Numbered from the stretch's first letter, positions 10,025 to 20,375 are shown. The stretch is DNA of 64,000 bases from Candidatus Latescibacterota bacterium (GCA_965217585.1 OZ244561.1:4608001-4672000); one strand, 5' to 3'. The notes: generated by a model not told the origin, from the sequence alone. Numbers and translations are program-made.

Positions 10025-11064
10025 TGCCGATGCAAACGCTCAGATGGCAGGACGATGCGCTAATCCTGCTCGACCAGACTCGCTTACCCGAGGAGCTTGT
10101 GTACGCGACCTATAGCCACGTCGAGGACATTGCCTGTGCCATTGAAGGGTTGGTGGTGCGCGGCGCACCGGCTATTGGTTTGGCGGCTGCGTACGGCGTC
10201 GTGGTAGGTGCGCGCGCAGCAGTCGATTGTGCCCCCGAGGCCTTTTGCCGCCGCGTGGAAGCTGCCATCGCCCGCCTCGCCCGCACCCGACCCACTGCGG
10301 TCAACCTGTTCTGGGCCTTGGATCAGATGCAGGAGGTGTTGGCGGCGAATCGGGGCCGCGACAACCACGCCATCTGCGATGTCCTGCTAGAGGCTGCTCA
10401 CCGCCTCTTTGAGGAAGACCGCCAAATCTGTCGCCAGATCGGTGCCCACGGCGCGGCACTCCTGCGCAATGGCAGCCAAGTCATCACCCACTGCAACGCC
10501 GGTGGTTTGGCCACGGCTGATTACGGCACGGCCTTGGGGGTCGTCTATGCGGCCCAAGAGGCGGGTAAGAAAGTCGCCGTGTTTGCCGACGAAACCCGCC
10601 CCTTGCTCCAAGGCTCGCGGTTGACGGCGTGGGAGCTGATGCAGAGCGGCATCGATGTCAAGGTCATCTGCGACAATGCGGCCGCGACCGTACTACGGAG
10701 CGAGGCGATAGACTGCTGCATAGTGGGTGCTGACCGCATCGCCAAAAACGGCGACGTGGCCAACAAAATCGGCACCTACGGGCTGGCTATCCTCGCCCGC
10801 GAGCACGGCGTACCCTTCTACGTGGCCGCCCCGGTCTCGACCCTCGACATGGCCTTGGCCTCGGGAGCAGAAATCCCCATTGAGAAGCGCGATGCGGCCG
10901 AGGTTCGCGAAGGCATGGGCAAGCCCACGGCCCCAGACGCGGTACCGGTTTACAATCCGGCCTTTGACGTCACGCCCTGTGACTTGGTGTCGGCGATCAT
11001 CTCGGAAAAGGGCATTGCGCGCTCTCCGTACGAACCCGCCTTGCGCGCTTGGGTCGAGCCGTGA
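10024..11064 (+). CDS. mtnA: S-methyl-5-thioribose-1-phosphate isomerase
   Basis: VRGAPAIG, RPTAVNL, THCNAG, ETRPLLQG and GDVANKIGT. Confidence 0.95.
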   Translation: MPMQTLRWQDDALILLDQTRLPEELVYATYSHVEDIACAIEGLVVRGAPAIGLAAAYGVVVGARAAVDCAPEAFCRRVEAAIARLARTRPTAVNLFWALDQMQEVLAANRGRDNHAICDVLLEAAHRLFEEDRQICRQIGAHGAALLRNGSQVITHCNAGGLATADYGTALGVVYAAQEAGKKVAVFADETRPLLQGSRLTAWELMQSGIDVKVICDNAAATVLRSEAIDCCIVGADRIAKNGDVANKIGTYGLAILAREHGVPFYVAAPVSTLDMALASGAEIPIEKRDAAEVREGMGKPTAPDAVPVYNPAFDVTPCDLVSAIISEKGIARSPYEPALRAWVEP

Positions 11065-11837
11065 GAACCTACTCGATCCTCTTGTTGCTGGCTCTGCTCG
11101 GTACGGCCCACTGCGCGAGCGCGCCGCGCTGGCGCAGCGACTCGGGCGACGCCGCGCCCGTCAGCCGCGAAGAATTCGACCCGCGCACCCTCGGCGAAGA
11201 CCCTTTGCTCATTGAGCCGGTGCAACGCGAGGGCAGCGACCAGGCCCAAACCTCAGCAGAGCCGGTGGTCCCCGTGCAAGACCGCGCTCCGGTAGCGAGC
11301 GCTTCGGTCTATCGCCTCCAGCTACTAGCCCTGAGTAATGAAGCCATGGCCCGCAAGCTCCGCGCCGAACTAGAACGCGCGCTCGGCGTGAGGATTTATC
11401 TAGTGGCCCGCAACGAGCACTCGGTGCTGCAAGCCGGCCAATACGCCACCCGCGCCGACGCTGCGGCTCTCAAGGAGCAGGTCGCCGCACTCGGCGCGGA
11501 CTACGCCGACGCCTATGTCGTCGAGGTTCCGGCGAGCACGGTGCCCGACTCCGCGCCGACGGAGGCCGCGCCCGAGCAGGTGAGCACCTTTGGCTGGAGG
11601 GTGCTGATTGACCAGTTCCTATCCCACGACGAAGCCAGCCGCCTCGAGGAAGAGGCCAAAAAGCGCCTGAAGCGCGAAGACATTTACGTGAACTTTAAGG
11701 CACCACCTTATTACAAGATCGAAGTCGGCAACTACCGCACCGAGGCGCAAGCCCAGACCGCGGCCGAACGAATCGGGAAGTACTACCCCAACGCCCTCAA
11801 GGTTCGCTCCCAAATTCTCGTCTCGCAGGAGGACTGA
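11061..11837 (+). CDS. SPOR-domain (lipo)protein with two SPOR-like domains
   Basis: Signal peptide with a possible lipobox (TAHC). YRLQL...AGQY and WRV...PYYKIEVGNY motifs. Confidence 0.75.
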   Translation: MRTYSILLLLALLGTAHCASAPRWRSDSGDAAPVSREEFDPRTLGEDPLLIEPVQREGSDQAQTSAEPVVPVQDRAPVASASVYRLQLLALSNEAMARKLRAELERALGVRIYLVARNEHSVLQAGQYATRADAAALKEQVAALGADYADAYVVEVPASTVPDSAPTEAAPEQVSTFGWRVLIDQFLSHDEASRLEEEAKKRLKREDIYVNFKAPPYYKIEVGNYRTEAQAQTAAERIGKYYPNALKVRSQILVSQED

Positions 11838-11843
11838 CGCTCC

Positions 11844-13736
11844 ATGCGCTTGTATTGCTGTGTCATCGCATTACTGCTCATGGCCTGTGCCCATGGCAAA
11901 AGCGCCAGACCTTTGGTCTTCGACGAGGCGGCCCCTGTCATGCCTGCGGACCCGCCGCCGGATACGGCCGACCTACGCGCCGTTCGTTGGCATTTGCTCC
12001 GCGCTATTGAAAGCCACGCTCTTGGGCAGACCCAACGGGCGCAAGAGGCCCTCGACGCGGCCTTCGGCATTCTCGCCGACCTCGACGAGCACGACGCGCT
12101 CGTCGATACCGCGCAGGCCGCAACTCTCGGCTTGGCTATTGAGCGGGCATACCTCGACCTGTTGCCGCACTTGGAGCGCTTTCCCGCCGACAGCCACTTG
12201 AACCTTCTGCTCGAAGGGCTATTCGAGGAAAAAATCGAGAATCTGCCGGCAGACGCCGAGCCTTTGGTCCGCATCCACCAGCTCGGCCGCCGCTGCGACA
12301 TGCCAATTGACGCCAATGACCGCGTCGTCGCTAGCCTCCACTTCTTCCAGACGCGGGGTCGCAAGACCTTTGCCACTTGGTTGCAGCGCGCCGGGCGCTA
12401 TCGCACGCTGCTCGTCGATATCCTCCGAAAAGAGGGGATGCCCAGCGACCTTTTTTATCTAGCGGTCATCGAGAGCGGCCTCAATCCAAGGGCCTATTCG
12501 CGGTCGCGGGCCGTGGGGTTGTGGCAGTTTATGGCGCACACCGGCCGCATGATGGGCCTCAAGCGCACCCACTGGATCGACGAGCGGCGCGACCCGATCA
12601 AGGCGACCGTTGCTGCCGCCCGGTACCTAAAAGACCTTTTCGCAGAGTTCGGCGACTGGCGCTTGGCCTTGGCCGCGTACAACGCTGGGCCAGGACGAGT
12701 TCGCCGGGCCATCGCCCGCGCCGACACCAACGACTACTGGCAACTCGATCTACCCCGCGAAACGAAAAACTACGTGCCGCTCTTCATGGCCGCGGCCGTC
12801 ATAGCCAAGGACCCGCAACTTTTTGGTTTTAAACTCCAAGCCGAAGAGCCACCCTTTGCATGCGAGGAAGTCGCCTTGCCCGAAGACTGGCTTTATGTCG
12901 ATCTGAAAGCGGCGGCTCAGCTTTTGGGTGTCGAACGCCAGGCATTGCACGACCTCAATCCCGAGTTGCGTCAAGACATCACGCCGCCGGGGTCCCGCTC
13001 TCCTTATACTCTGCGGGTGCCGCCCGGCAAGGGCCGGCTCTTGCTCGACCAGTACGCTAGCCTGCCGGTCCCGCCGGGGGCAGCGATCCATCAGTACCAG
13101 GTGCAACGCGGCGACACGATCTCTGGCATCGCCCAGACCTTTGGCGTTTCTACGCGGGTCGTTATCGCGGCCAATAGCCTCAAAAACCCCAACTTCATTC
13201 GGCCGCGGCAAATTCTCTATATCCCGATCTCGTCTCCGATTGCCCGGAGTGCCAAGCAAGCGCGTGGCAGCCGGGGTATCTATATCGTCCGGCCGAACGA
13301 CGTACTCGGCCGCATCGCTTCCCAGCACGGGGTGAGCCTGCGCGACCTGATGAAATGGAACGGCCTCAAAACCGATCTGATCAAACCCGGTCAGGAATTG
13401 GTGGTGCGACAGCTGCCTAGCCCCCGGGAGGTGCCGGGCAGCGGCGAGACCTACATAGTGCAGCCGGGCGATACGCTGTGGGAGTTGGCTCGACTCTTTT
13501 CGGTTAGCGTCGCCGACTTGCAGGCGTGGAACGGTATCGAAAAGGCGCTGATCAAACCCGGTCAACAGCTAACCGTGGCCAACGAGCAAGCGCAGGTGTA
13601 CACCGTGGTCACGGGCGATACACTGCACAGCATCGCCCGCAAATTCGGCCTTGTCCCCAGCGACATTGCCCGCCAGAACAACATCGGCCTCTCGGAGACG
13701 CTGCTGGCGGGCACGACCTTGCAAATCCCGAGGTGA
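11844..13736 (+). CDS. mltD: Membrane-bound lytic murein transglycosylase D-like (SLT domain plus 4 LysM)
   Basis: Lipobox LMAC, IESG, GLWQFM, AAYNAG, ETKNYV and four YxVxxGDTL LysM repeats. Confidence 0.88.
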   Translation: MRLYCCVIALLLMACAHGKSARPLVFDEAAPVMPADPPPDTADLRAVRWHLLRAIESHALGQTQRAQEALDAAFGILADLDEHDALVDTAQAATLGLAIERAYLDLLPHLERFPADSHLNLLLEGLFEEKIENLPADAEPLVRIHQLGRRCDMPIDANDRVVASLHFFQTRGRKTFATWLQRAGRYRTLLVDILRKEGMPSDLFYLAVIESGLNPRAYSRSRAVGLWQFMAHTGRMMGLKRTHWIDERRDPIKATVAAARYLKDLFAEFGDWRLALAAYNAGPGRVRRAIARADTNDYWQLDLPRETKNYVPLFMAAAVIAKDPQLFGFKLQAEEPPFACEEVALPEDWLYVDLKAAAQLLGVERQALHDLNPELRQDITPPGSRSPYTLRVPPGKGRLLLDQYASLPVPPGAAIHQYQVQRGDTISGIAQTFGVSTRVVIAANSLKNPNFIRPRQILYIPISSPIARSAKQARGSRGIYIVRPNDVLGRIASQHGVSLRDLMKWNGLKTDLIKPGQELVVRQLPSPREVPGSGETYIVQPGDTLWELARLFSVSVADLQAWNGIEKALIKPGQQLTVANEQAQVYTVVTGDTLHSIARKFGLVPSDIARQNNIGLSETLLAGTTLQIPR

Positions 13737-13737
13737 C

Positions 13738-14205
13738 ATGAGTGCGGTCCGCCATATTCTCTTGCTGGCACTGGCCTTCATCCTGCAAACCACTTGGATC
13801 GATTCCCTAAAGGTATGGTCGATCAAACCCGATCTATTGATTATGACGTTGAGCTTCATCGCGCTGCGCAGCGGGCCGGTTGTCGGGGCTTATATGGGGC
13901 TGGGGGTCGGCATCCTCCAGGATATATACCTACCCGCCGATCTCGGAGTCAATGCGCTCGCCAAGTCGCTCATCGGCGCGGGCTTCGGCTACAGCCATTC
14001 CCGTATGGTCGCCGACAGCATCCAAGTTCAGACCGCGCTGGTTTTTGGTGCCGTGATCTGCCATGATCTTATTTACTATGTGGGTGCCAGCGCCGATGTG
14101 CCCTTTGAGGTGGGCAGCATCTTGGGCCGCGCCGTGTACACGGGCCTGATCAGTGCGGTTTTCTTCGCCGGCTTGACCCTCAAACGCCATCTCTTTCCCG
14201 CTTGA
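13738..14205 (+). CDS. mreD: Rod shape-determining protein MreD
   Basis: Hydrophobic protein with KPDLL, GILQD and LGVNAL. Directly upstream of mrdA. Confidence 0.85.
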   Translation: MSAVRHILLLALAFILQTTWIDSLKVWSIKPDLLIMTLSFIALRSGPVVGAYMGLGVGILQDIYLPADLGVNALAKSLIGAGFGYSHSRMVADSIQVQTALVFGAVICHDLIYYVGASADVPFEVGSILGRAVYTGLISAVFFAGLTLKRHLFPA

Positions 14206-15977
14206 TTATGCAACACCAGCTACAACAAGATCCGCCCTTCAAAAGCCTCCTCGCGCCCGTCGTCTTGCTGTTCGCGATTTTGGTCCTGCGTCTGTTCTAT
14301 TTGCAGGTTGTCACCTCGGCTGACTACGCTCGCGAGTCCGAGGAAAACCGCATTGCCCAGCGGCGCGTCAAGGCTCCGCGTGGGCTGATTTACGATCGCG
14401 ATGGCCGCATCTTGGCCCGCACTCGGCCGTTTTACACCGTCTCGTTAGAGCGCACCACGCGCAAGGACTTCGACGCGGCCACCACGGCGTTTACAAAGGC
14501 GATCGGCGACCTAAAAATAGAAGGCGAATACAGCCGCAGATCTCGCATCATCCGCCTCAAGCGCGATGTTGACTTCCGCACGGTATCGATCGTAGAGGAG
14601 CGGCTCAAGGCCGACTGGCCCCTGCTCGATATAGAAATCGAGACCCAGCGTTACTATCCCTACGGTACGGCAGCCGCCCATCTGCTCGGCTATATCGGCA
14701 TTATCCGCGACCAAGATCTACAAAGAAAAAACGATAACGCCTATGTGCTTGGCGACTTTATCGGCAAGACCGGAATCGAGAAGGTGTACGAAAACAGCTT
14801 ACGCGGCCGCGACGGCGTGATGTACATCGAAATTGACGCGATTGGGCGGACGGGTCGGGAGTTTCCCGAACGCGACCGGCTCCCCGTGCCCGGCGAGCCC
14901 CTGCACCTGACCGTTGACTTGGAAGTGCAACTTGCGGCCGAGCGCGCCCTGCCCGACAGCTTGGCCAGTGCGCTGGTCGCACTTGACCCACGTACCGGGG
15001 CTGTGCTGGCCCTGGCCAACAAGCCGGCCTTTGACCCCAATATTTTCGTGTCATTCCAGGCCCAAAAGGAGCGGCGGCGGGTGTTGCAGAGCGAGACCAT
15101 GCTGCTCAACCGCGCCTTACACGGGCGTTATCCGCCTGGCTCGACGCTCAAGATGGTCAGTGCCATAGCCGCGCTCGAAACGGGCGTCACCGATACGCTG
15201 AGTCTGTTTGAGCCCTGCTATGGTTCGCTGACCGTGGGCAGGAGCAGGTTCCGCTGCCACAAACGCGGGGGCCACGGCGGTCTGACCCTCCTAGGGGCGA
15301 TCGAGGCCTCCTGCAACGTCTATTTCTACCATTTGGCTCGGTTGATAAGCATTGAAACGTGGCACGAGTACGCGGCCAAATTAGGCCTCGGCCAGCCGAC
15401 CGGGATCGTCTCCTATCCCGGGGAAGCCGCTGGCCTCCTGCCTTCGCGTCAGTACTACGAAGAGCGCGGCGGCTGGTCCTTCGGCCATCTGCTCAACCTC
15501 TCCATTGGCCAAGGTGCCGTACTGGTCACGCCCATTCAGATGGCCCGCTACGTGGCCGCCATTGCCAACGGCGGCTATTTGGTCACTCCATACATCAGTG
15601 GCGATCCCCCCCCCCGCCAACGCATTGACGGCATTTCGCCGAAAACCTTCGACATCGTGAGAAAAGCCATGCTCCGGGTGGTGGCCAGCGATACCGGCAC
15701 CGGCCGCCGAGCACGGGTTGCCGGCGTCACAATTGCGGCCAAGACTGGTACCGCTCAAGTGCCCAACCGAGACGATGACGCTTGGATGGTGGCCTTTGCT
15801 CCGTACGAGGATCCCGCCATTGTCATAGCGGCCGTGGTCGAAGGGGGCGGCAGCGGTGGAGCGCGAGTCGGCCCGGTTGTGCGCGAGGTCGTCGAAGCCT
15901 TCTGCATCCAAGAGGGCATCATTGAGCCAGAAGTAACCGAGGCTGACACGCTCTTAACTAACCACGGAATGCTTTAG
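14202..15977 (+). CDS. mrdA: Penicillin-binding protein 2
   Basis: LFYLQV, APRGLIYDRDG, and the motifs SxxK (STLK), SCN and KTG. Confidence 0.93.
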   Translation: MIMQHQLQQDPPFKSLLAPVVLLFAILVLRLFYLQVVTSADYARESEENRIAQRRVKAPRGLIYDRDGRILARTRPFYTVSLERTTRKDFDAATTAFTKAIGDLKIEGEYSRRSRIIRLKRDVDFRTVSIVEERLKADWPLLDIEIETQRYYPYGTAAAHLLGYIGIIRDQDLQRKNDNAYVLGDFIGKTGIEKVYENSLRGRDGVMYIEIDAIGRTGREFPERDRLPVPGEPLHLTVDLEVQLAAERALPDSLASALVALDPRTGAVLALANKPAFDPNIFVSFQAQKERRRVLQSETMLLNRALHGRYPPGSTLKMVSAIAALETGVTDTLSLFEPCYGSLTVGRSRFRCHKRGGHGGLTLLGAIEASCNVYFYHLARLISIETWHEYAAKLGLGQPTGIVSYPGEAAGLLPSRQYYEERGGWSFGHLLNLSIGQGAVLVTPIQMARYVAAIANGGYLVTPYISGDPPPRQRIDGISPKTFDIVRKAMLRVVASDTGTGRRARVAGVTIAAKTGTAQVPNRDDDAWMVAFAPYEDPAIVIAAVVEGGGSGGARVGPVVREVVEAFCIQEGIIEPEVTEADTLLTNHGML

Positions 15978-15980
15978 CTC

Positions 15981-17219
15981 ATGCGCCTGCTCCGCGGACT
16001 CGACTTCCCACTCCTAATTGCGACTTTGGCGATCATACTGATCGGTATCATCGCGATCTATAGCGCTACGTATCACAACGACTCCACCGCGGTGCAGAGT
16101 GCTTGGAGTAAGCAGGTCCAATTCGCGATCTTGGCCTTTGTCGTGGCCTTAGCCGTCGTCTATGTCCCGGAAAAGGTCATTTACAGCGTTGCTTACCTGC
16201 TGTACCTGCTCGGCATTGTGAGCCTAGTCGCGGTGTTGGCTTGGGGCACGGGCGACGCTACCCGCTGGTTGCGCTTGGGGCCGTTGATGTTGCAGCCTTC
16301 AGAGATGGCCAAGATCGCGACCATCATCGCCTTGGCGCGCTATCTGAGCGACCGCAGCGTCGAACGCATCAACTCCTTTGGCGGCTTTCTCGGGGCTTTG
16401 TTCCTCATATTAGTGCCGATTGCCTTGATTGTGCGTCAGCCCGACTTGGGGACCGCGGTTTCTTTTGGTGCGCCGCTTTTCCCCATGCTTTATTGGGCGG
16501 GAATGCGCAAGTTCTTCATCTTCCTCGTCATTTCTCCGCTCATCAGCGTCGTCTGCTCCTTAGATCCACTGTGGCAATGGGGCACTCCTTACGTCTTCGC
16601 TACCTTCGTCGTCGGCAGCACCTTCTTAATCCACCATTTTCTGCGTCGGCTCTGGCTGACCATAGCTCTGGCCTTCATCAACACCTCGGCGGGATTGCTT
16701 ACGGTGTACTTTTTGGAGCACTTCCTGCGTCCATACCAGAAGGCCCGCATTATGACCTTCTTCAATCCGGAGAGCGATCCGCTCAGATCCGGGTGGAACA
16801 TCATCCAGTCCAAGATCGCCATTGGCTCCGGAGGACTGACGGGCAAGGGCTTCCTAGAAGGCACGCAGACTAAGCACCAGTTCCTGCCGGCGGCTCATAC
16901 TGATTTTATCTTCTCGGTCATCGGGGAGGAGGGAGGGTTTGTCATGGCCCTGATCGTGCTGAGCCTGTTCTTTTTTCTTATCTATCGGGCGCTGCACATC
17001 GCCTCCATGGCCAACAATGCCTTTTACGGCCTAACAGCCGTCGGCGTAGCCGCGATGCTGACCTTCCACGTGTTCATCAATATTGGCATGACCATCGGCG
17101 TCATGCCAATCACCGGCCTGCCGCTGCCCTTTCTCAGCTCGGGAGGCTCCTCGCTGTTGTCCAATCTCCTCGCCATCGGCCTACTCCTCCACATCGGAAC
17201 CTACCGCCACGAGTACTGA
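15981..17219 (+). CDS. rodA: Rod shape-determining protein RodA (SEDS family)
   Basis: QPSE, QPDLGT, SKIAIGSGG, HTDFIF and GLPLPFLS.GGSS. Confidence 0.95.
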   Translation: MRLLRGLDFPLLIATLAIILIGIIAIYSATYHNDSTAVQSAWSKQVQFAILAFVVALAVVYVPEKVIYSVAYLLYLLGIVSLVAVLAWGTGDATRWLRLGPLMLQPSEMAKIATIIALARYLSDRSVERINSFGGFLGALFLILVPIALIVRQPDLGTAVSFGAPLFPMLYWAGMRKFFIFLVISPLISVVCSLDPLWQWGTPYVFATFVVGSTFLIHHFLRRLWLTIALAFINTSAGLLTVYFLEHFLRPYQKARIMTFFNPESDPLRSGWNIIQSKIAIGSGGLTGKGFLEGTQTKHQFLPAAHTDFIFSVIGEEGGFVMALIVLSLFFFLIYRALHIASMANNAFYGLTAVGVAAMLTFHVFINIGMTIGVMPITGLPLPFLSSGGSSLLSNLLAIGLLLHIGTYRHEY

Positions 17220-18278
17220 ATGAGCGTTGCTAGACAGGCCGTTTGCTGCGCCCTGCTCGGCGCGTTTGTCATCAGCAACCCGCAATGCGGTGCCTATCGA
17301 GCCGGGCACGCCCAGCTAGCACACGCCTATTTGCGCGACGGCCTCTACGGCCAAGCCTTAGCCGAAACCCGTCGGGCCATCCGCCAAGACGGGCCGGACG
17401 ACCGCTTGCTCCTCATCGCCGCCCTCGCCCAGCTGGGGCTAGATGAAGTGGATGCCGCGCTGGAGCTGATCGGCCAAGCCCTTGCCTTGGCGCCGGACAA
17501 CGACGATCTGTACAGAGCTCTGCGCGACATTTGCCAAAGAGAAGAGCGCTTCGCTCAAACCGAAGAACTCCTCGCGCGGCTGCGAGCAGACCACGGGCAG
17601 AGCGCGTCGCTGTGGGCGACCGAGGGCTGGCTCCACGCCCGTCAGGAGCGGCTCGCCGCCGCCGTAGAAGCGCTGCGCCAGGCCATCCAACTCGACGAGC
17701 ACCACCTCTTCGCCCACATTGAACTCAGCCGCCTCTTGATTGTCGAGGGGCGACTCGCCGAGGCCGAGGTCGCGCTCTCCGCGGCCGTGCGCATCCAACC
17801 CGATAATCCACAGCTTGTCTTCACCTTGGGGGATTGCCAACTTCGCCAAGGGCTTGCCGAACGGGCCGCTCGCACTTTTGACCGAGCACTGACGGCCGAG
17901 GTCGTCAGTGCAGTTGACATAGCTCGTATTTACTACGAGCACAAGCGGCCCGACCGCGCCATTGAATACTACGAGAGTGCTCTGGCCGGTACTCCAGACG
18001 ATCCTCTGATCCTCAACAACTTGGCTTGGGCCTATGCAGAAGAGGGCCAGCGCCTTAGCTATGCCCTAAATCTGTCGATGCGCGCGGTCAAGCTCGACGC
18101 GGAAAGCTCGGTCTATTTGGATACCTATGCGGAATTGCTGCATCTGTTGGGGCGGCATGCCCACGCGGTGGCCATTATGCGCCAAGCCCTCGCGCTCGAG
18201 CCGACCGACGGCGAGCACCGGGCCTATCTCGAAGGCCAGATGGCGAAATTCCGCCGCGCACTCGCCGCGCGCCTGTGA
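17220..18278 (+). CDS. Tetratricopeptide repeat protein
   Basis: Repeated helical TPR motifs, LNNLAW and YLDTYA. Confidence 0.85.
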   Translation: MSVARQAVCCALLGAFVISNPQCGAYRAGHAQLAHAYLRDGLYGQALAETRRAIRQDGPDDRLLLIAALAQLGLDEVDAALELIGQALALAPDNDDLYRALRDICQREERFAQTEELLARLRADHGQSASLWATEGWLHARQERLAAAVEALRQAIQLDEHHLFAHIELSRLLIVEGRLAEAEVALSAAVRIQPDNPQLVFTLGDCQLRQGLAERAARTFDRALTAEVVSAVDIARIYYEHKRPDRAIEYYESALAGTPDDPLILNNLAWAYAEEGQRLSYALNLSMRAVKLDAESSVYLDTYAELLHLLGRHAHAVAIMRQALALEPTDGEHRAYLEGQMAKFRRALAARL

Positions 18279-18279
18279 G

Positions 18280-19308
18280 TTAGGTCCGGTAGTGTTGGTA
18301 GTCGATATCGAGGTTTTCTAGCTTTGCGTACAGGCTTTTGCGCGACAGCCCCACGTCTTCGGCCACTTGCGAAATCACCCCGCGGTGTCGGTGCAGAGCC
18401 TCGCAGAGGAAGTGCCGCTCAAATGAGTTCCGCGCTTCCCTAAAACCGCGCTGGCTCAGGTCGAGATCTTCTTCGTCCTTCCAGTGGACGATTTCTTCGG
18501 GTACGTCTTCCTCCCGCAACAAGCTGTCGCTCGCGAGGAGGATCATGCGCTCAAGCGCGTTTTCCAACTGCCGCACATTGCCCGGCCATGGATAGGCCAA
18601 GAAGTGGTTTAAGGCCGCGGCGTCGAGGCCGCGAATTTTGCACCCGTTTTGCGCCGCCAACCGGCGGATAAAGTATTCGATCAACAGCGGAATGTCTCCC
18701 TTGCGCTGGCGTAGCGGCGGCAGCTTGAGTGGCACGACGTTGAGTCGGTAGAAGAGGTCTTCGCGGAAGGTTCCTTTGCGGACCTCCTCCCGCAAATCGA
18801 CGTTAGTGGCGGCGATGACCCGCACATCCACCTGCAAGGTCTCCGCGCCCCCGACTCGCTCGAACTCGCGCTCTTGCAAGACGCGCAACAGGCGCAGTTG
18901 CACGCGCATATCTGCTGCACCAATCTCGTCGAGAAACAAGGTGCCGCGATCGGCTAGCTCAAAGCGGCCTAAGCGCTGGCGGACTGCACCGGTAAAGGCT
19001 CCTTTCTCGTGCCCGAACAGCTCGCTCTCCAATACGCCTTCGGGCAGCGAGGCGCAGCTGAGCCGCACAAACGAGGCCCTGCGCCTTGGGCTGCGCCCGT
19101 GCAAGCGCCTCGCCACTACTTCTTTGCCCGTGCCGCTTTCTCCGGTGAGGAGCACGGTCGCTGGGGACTCGGCGACCCGGTCGGCTTGGGCCAGTAGGCG
19201 GCGGACTTGGGCGTTTTGGGTGATAAATTCGGGATGGTCAGCACGGCGGGGGGAGGACGCGGCTACGCGAGTGGGCGCGTCCGAGTCAGCAGACGTACAA
19301 GAATACAC
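18280..19308 (-). CDS. Sigma-54 enhancer-binding AAA+ activator (Fis HTH) lacking an N-terminal sensory domain
   Basis: GESGTGKE, ESELFGHEKGAFTGA, FLDEIG, WPGNVRQLEN and a C-terminal HTH. Only about 25 aa precede the AAA+ core. Confidence 0.93.
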   Translation of the reverse strand: MYSCTSADSDAPTRVAASSPRRADHPEFITQNAQVRRLLAQADRVAESPATVLLTGESGTGKEVVARRLHGRSPRRRASFVRLSCASLPEGVLESELFGHEKGAFTGAVRQRLGRFELADRGTLFLDEIGAADMRVQLRLLRVLQEREFERVGGAETLQVDVRVIAATNVDLREEVRKGTFREDLFYRLNVVPLKLPPLRQRKGDIPLLIEYFIRRLAAQNGCKIRGLDAAALNHFLAYPWPGNVRQLENALERMILLASDSLLREEDVPEEIVHWKDEEDLDLSQRGFREARNSFERHFLCEALHRHRGVISQVAEDVGLSRKSLYAKLENLDIDYQHYRT

Positions 19309-19323
19309 AGGGAACCTCCCTTT

Positions 19324-19381
19324 CTTATGTGGATGTTTAATACATAAGTGAATATGATATGCGAATGGAAACGGTTGTCAA
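19324..19381 (-). promoter_or_regulatory. Sigma-70 promoter and palindromic operator of the activator gene
   Basis: Minus strand TTGACA (19381-19376), 16 bp, TATCAT (19359-19354). Inverted repeat CTTATGT-N11-ACATAAG at 19324-19348. Confidence 0.55.
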
Positions 19382-19405
19382 GGACGGCCAATGCAGATGG
19401 GGGGA

Positions 19406-20182
19406 TCAGGCCAAGACAGAGGGTCTATCGGCGCAGATCTCGGAAACCAAGCTATTGTAGTTGCTGGTGCCTCTTGACCCTGCGTCGTAGAGCACTACAG
19501 GCTGGCTAAAACCCGGGGCCTCGGCCAAGCTGATGTTACGGCTGATGATCGTCTGATAGACCTTGTCGCCGAAGTAGTTGCGTACTTCTTGGGCCACGCG
19601 GCGACAAAGCCGCAAGCGATCATCGTACAGGGTGAGTAAAACGCCCTCTATTTCGAGGGTGGGGTTGAGATAGCGCCGCACCGAGCGGATGGAATCGCTG
19701 AGCTTGCTTACGCCCTCTAAGGCATAGTACTCGCACTGCACCGGGATGAGCACGGAATCGGCCGCGCTCAGCGCGTTGACCGTGAGCAAGCCCAAAGACG
19801 GCGGGCAATCAATGAGCACAAATTCGTACTGCCCCTTTACCGGGCGCAGGGCTTCGGCTAGCCGCTTGTCGCGCCCGACCATGGCGGCCATTTCCACTTC
19901 GGCACCCGCGAGGCGGATGTGCGAGGGCACTACGAAGAGGCCCTTTATATAGGTGGGGAAGGTCGCCGAGCAGGTGCTGAGCTGGCCTATCAAAACCTCG
20001 TAGGTAGAGGCGTAGTCGCTGCCAAGCTCGGCGTCGCAACCACTGGTGGCATTGGCCTGCGGGTCTAAGTCGATGAGTAGGGTTCGGTGCCCGGAAAGGG
20101 CCAGACAGGCGGCGAGATTGACGGCCGTAGTGGTCTTGCCCACCCCGCCTTTTTGATTGGCGATAGCGATGATTTTGCCCAT
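19406..20182 (-). CDS. parA: ParA/Soj family ATPase
   Basis: [26 protein letters not shown] and [11 protein letters not shown]. Confidence 0.93.
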   Translation of the reverse strand: MGKIIAIANQKGGVGKTTTAVNLAACLALSGHRTLLIDLDPQANATSGCDAELGSDYASTYEVLIGQLSTCSATFPTYIKGLFVVPSHIRLAGAEVEMAAMVGRDKRLAEALRPVKGQYEFVLIDCPPSLGLLTVNALSAADSVLIPVQCEYYALEGVSKLSDSIRSVRRYLNPTLEIEGVLLTLYDDRLRLCRRVAQEVRNYFGDKVYQTIISRNISLAEAPGFSQPVVLYDAGSRGTSNYNSLVSEICADRPSVLA

Positions 20183-20284
20183 GTCGATATTTTGCCCTGT
20201 GAAAGCCTGCAAAAAGGCTCAATCAGCTAGATGCGGACCGCGCCCAAGCGCGACTCCGTGCTATTTAATGAGCAATACTCAAGC

Positions 20285-20356
20285 GGGCCGACTGACCGCT
20301 CCCAGAAAAAAAGGGAGCCGTCAAAACTGTACTCGGGGGAGTTGTACAGAAGGCCC
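20285..20356 (-). ncRNA. Candidate structured RNA (three-way junction) in the parA leader
   Basis: Nested stems GGGCC/GGCCC, TGAC-GCTCCC/GGGAGC-GTCA and CTGTAC/GTACAG. Family unknown and strand uncertain. Confidence 0.35.
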
Positions 20357-20375
20357 TAATCACCGCCTCCAATTC

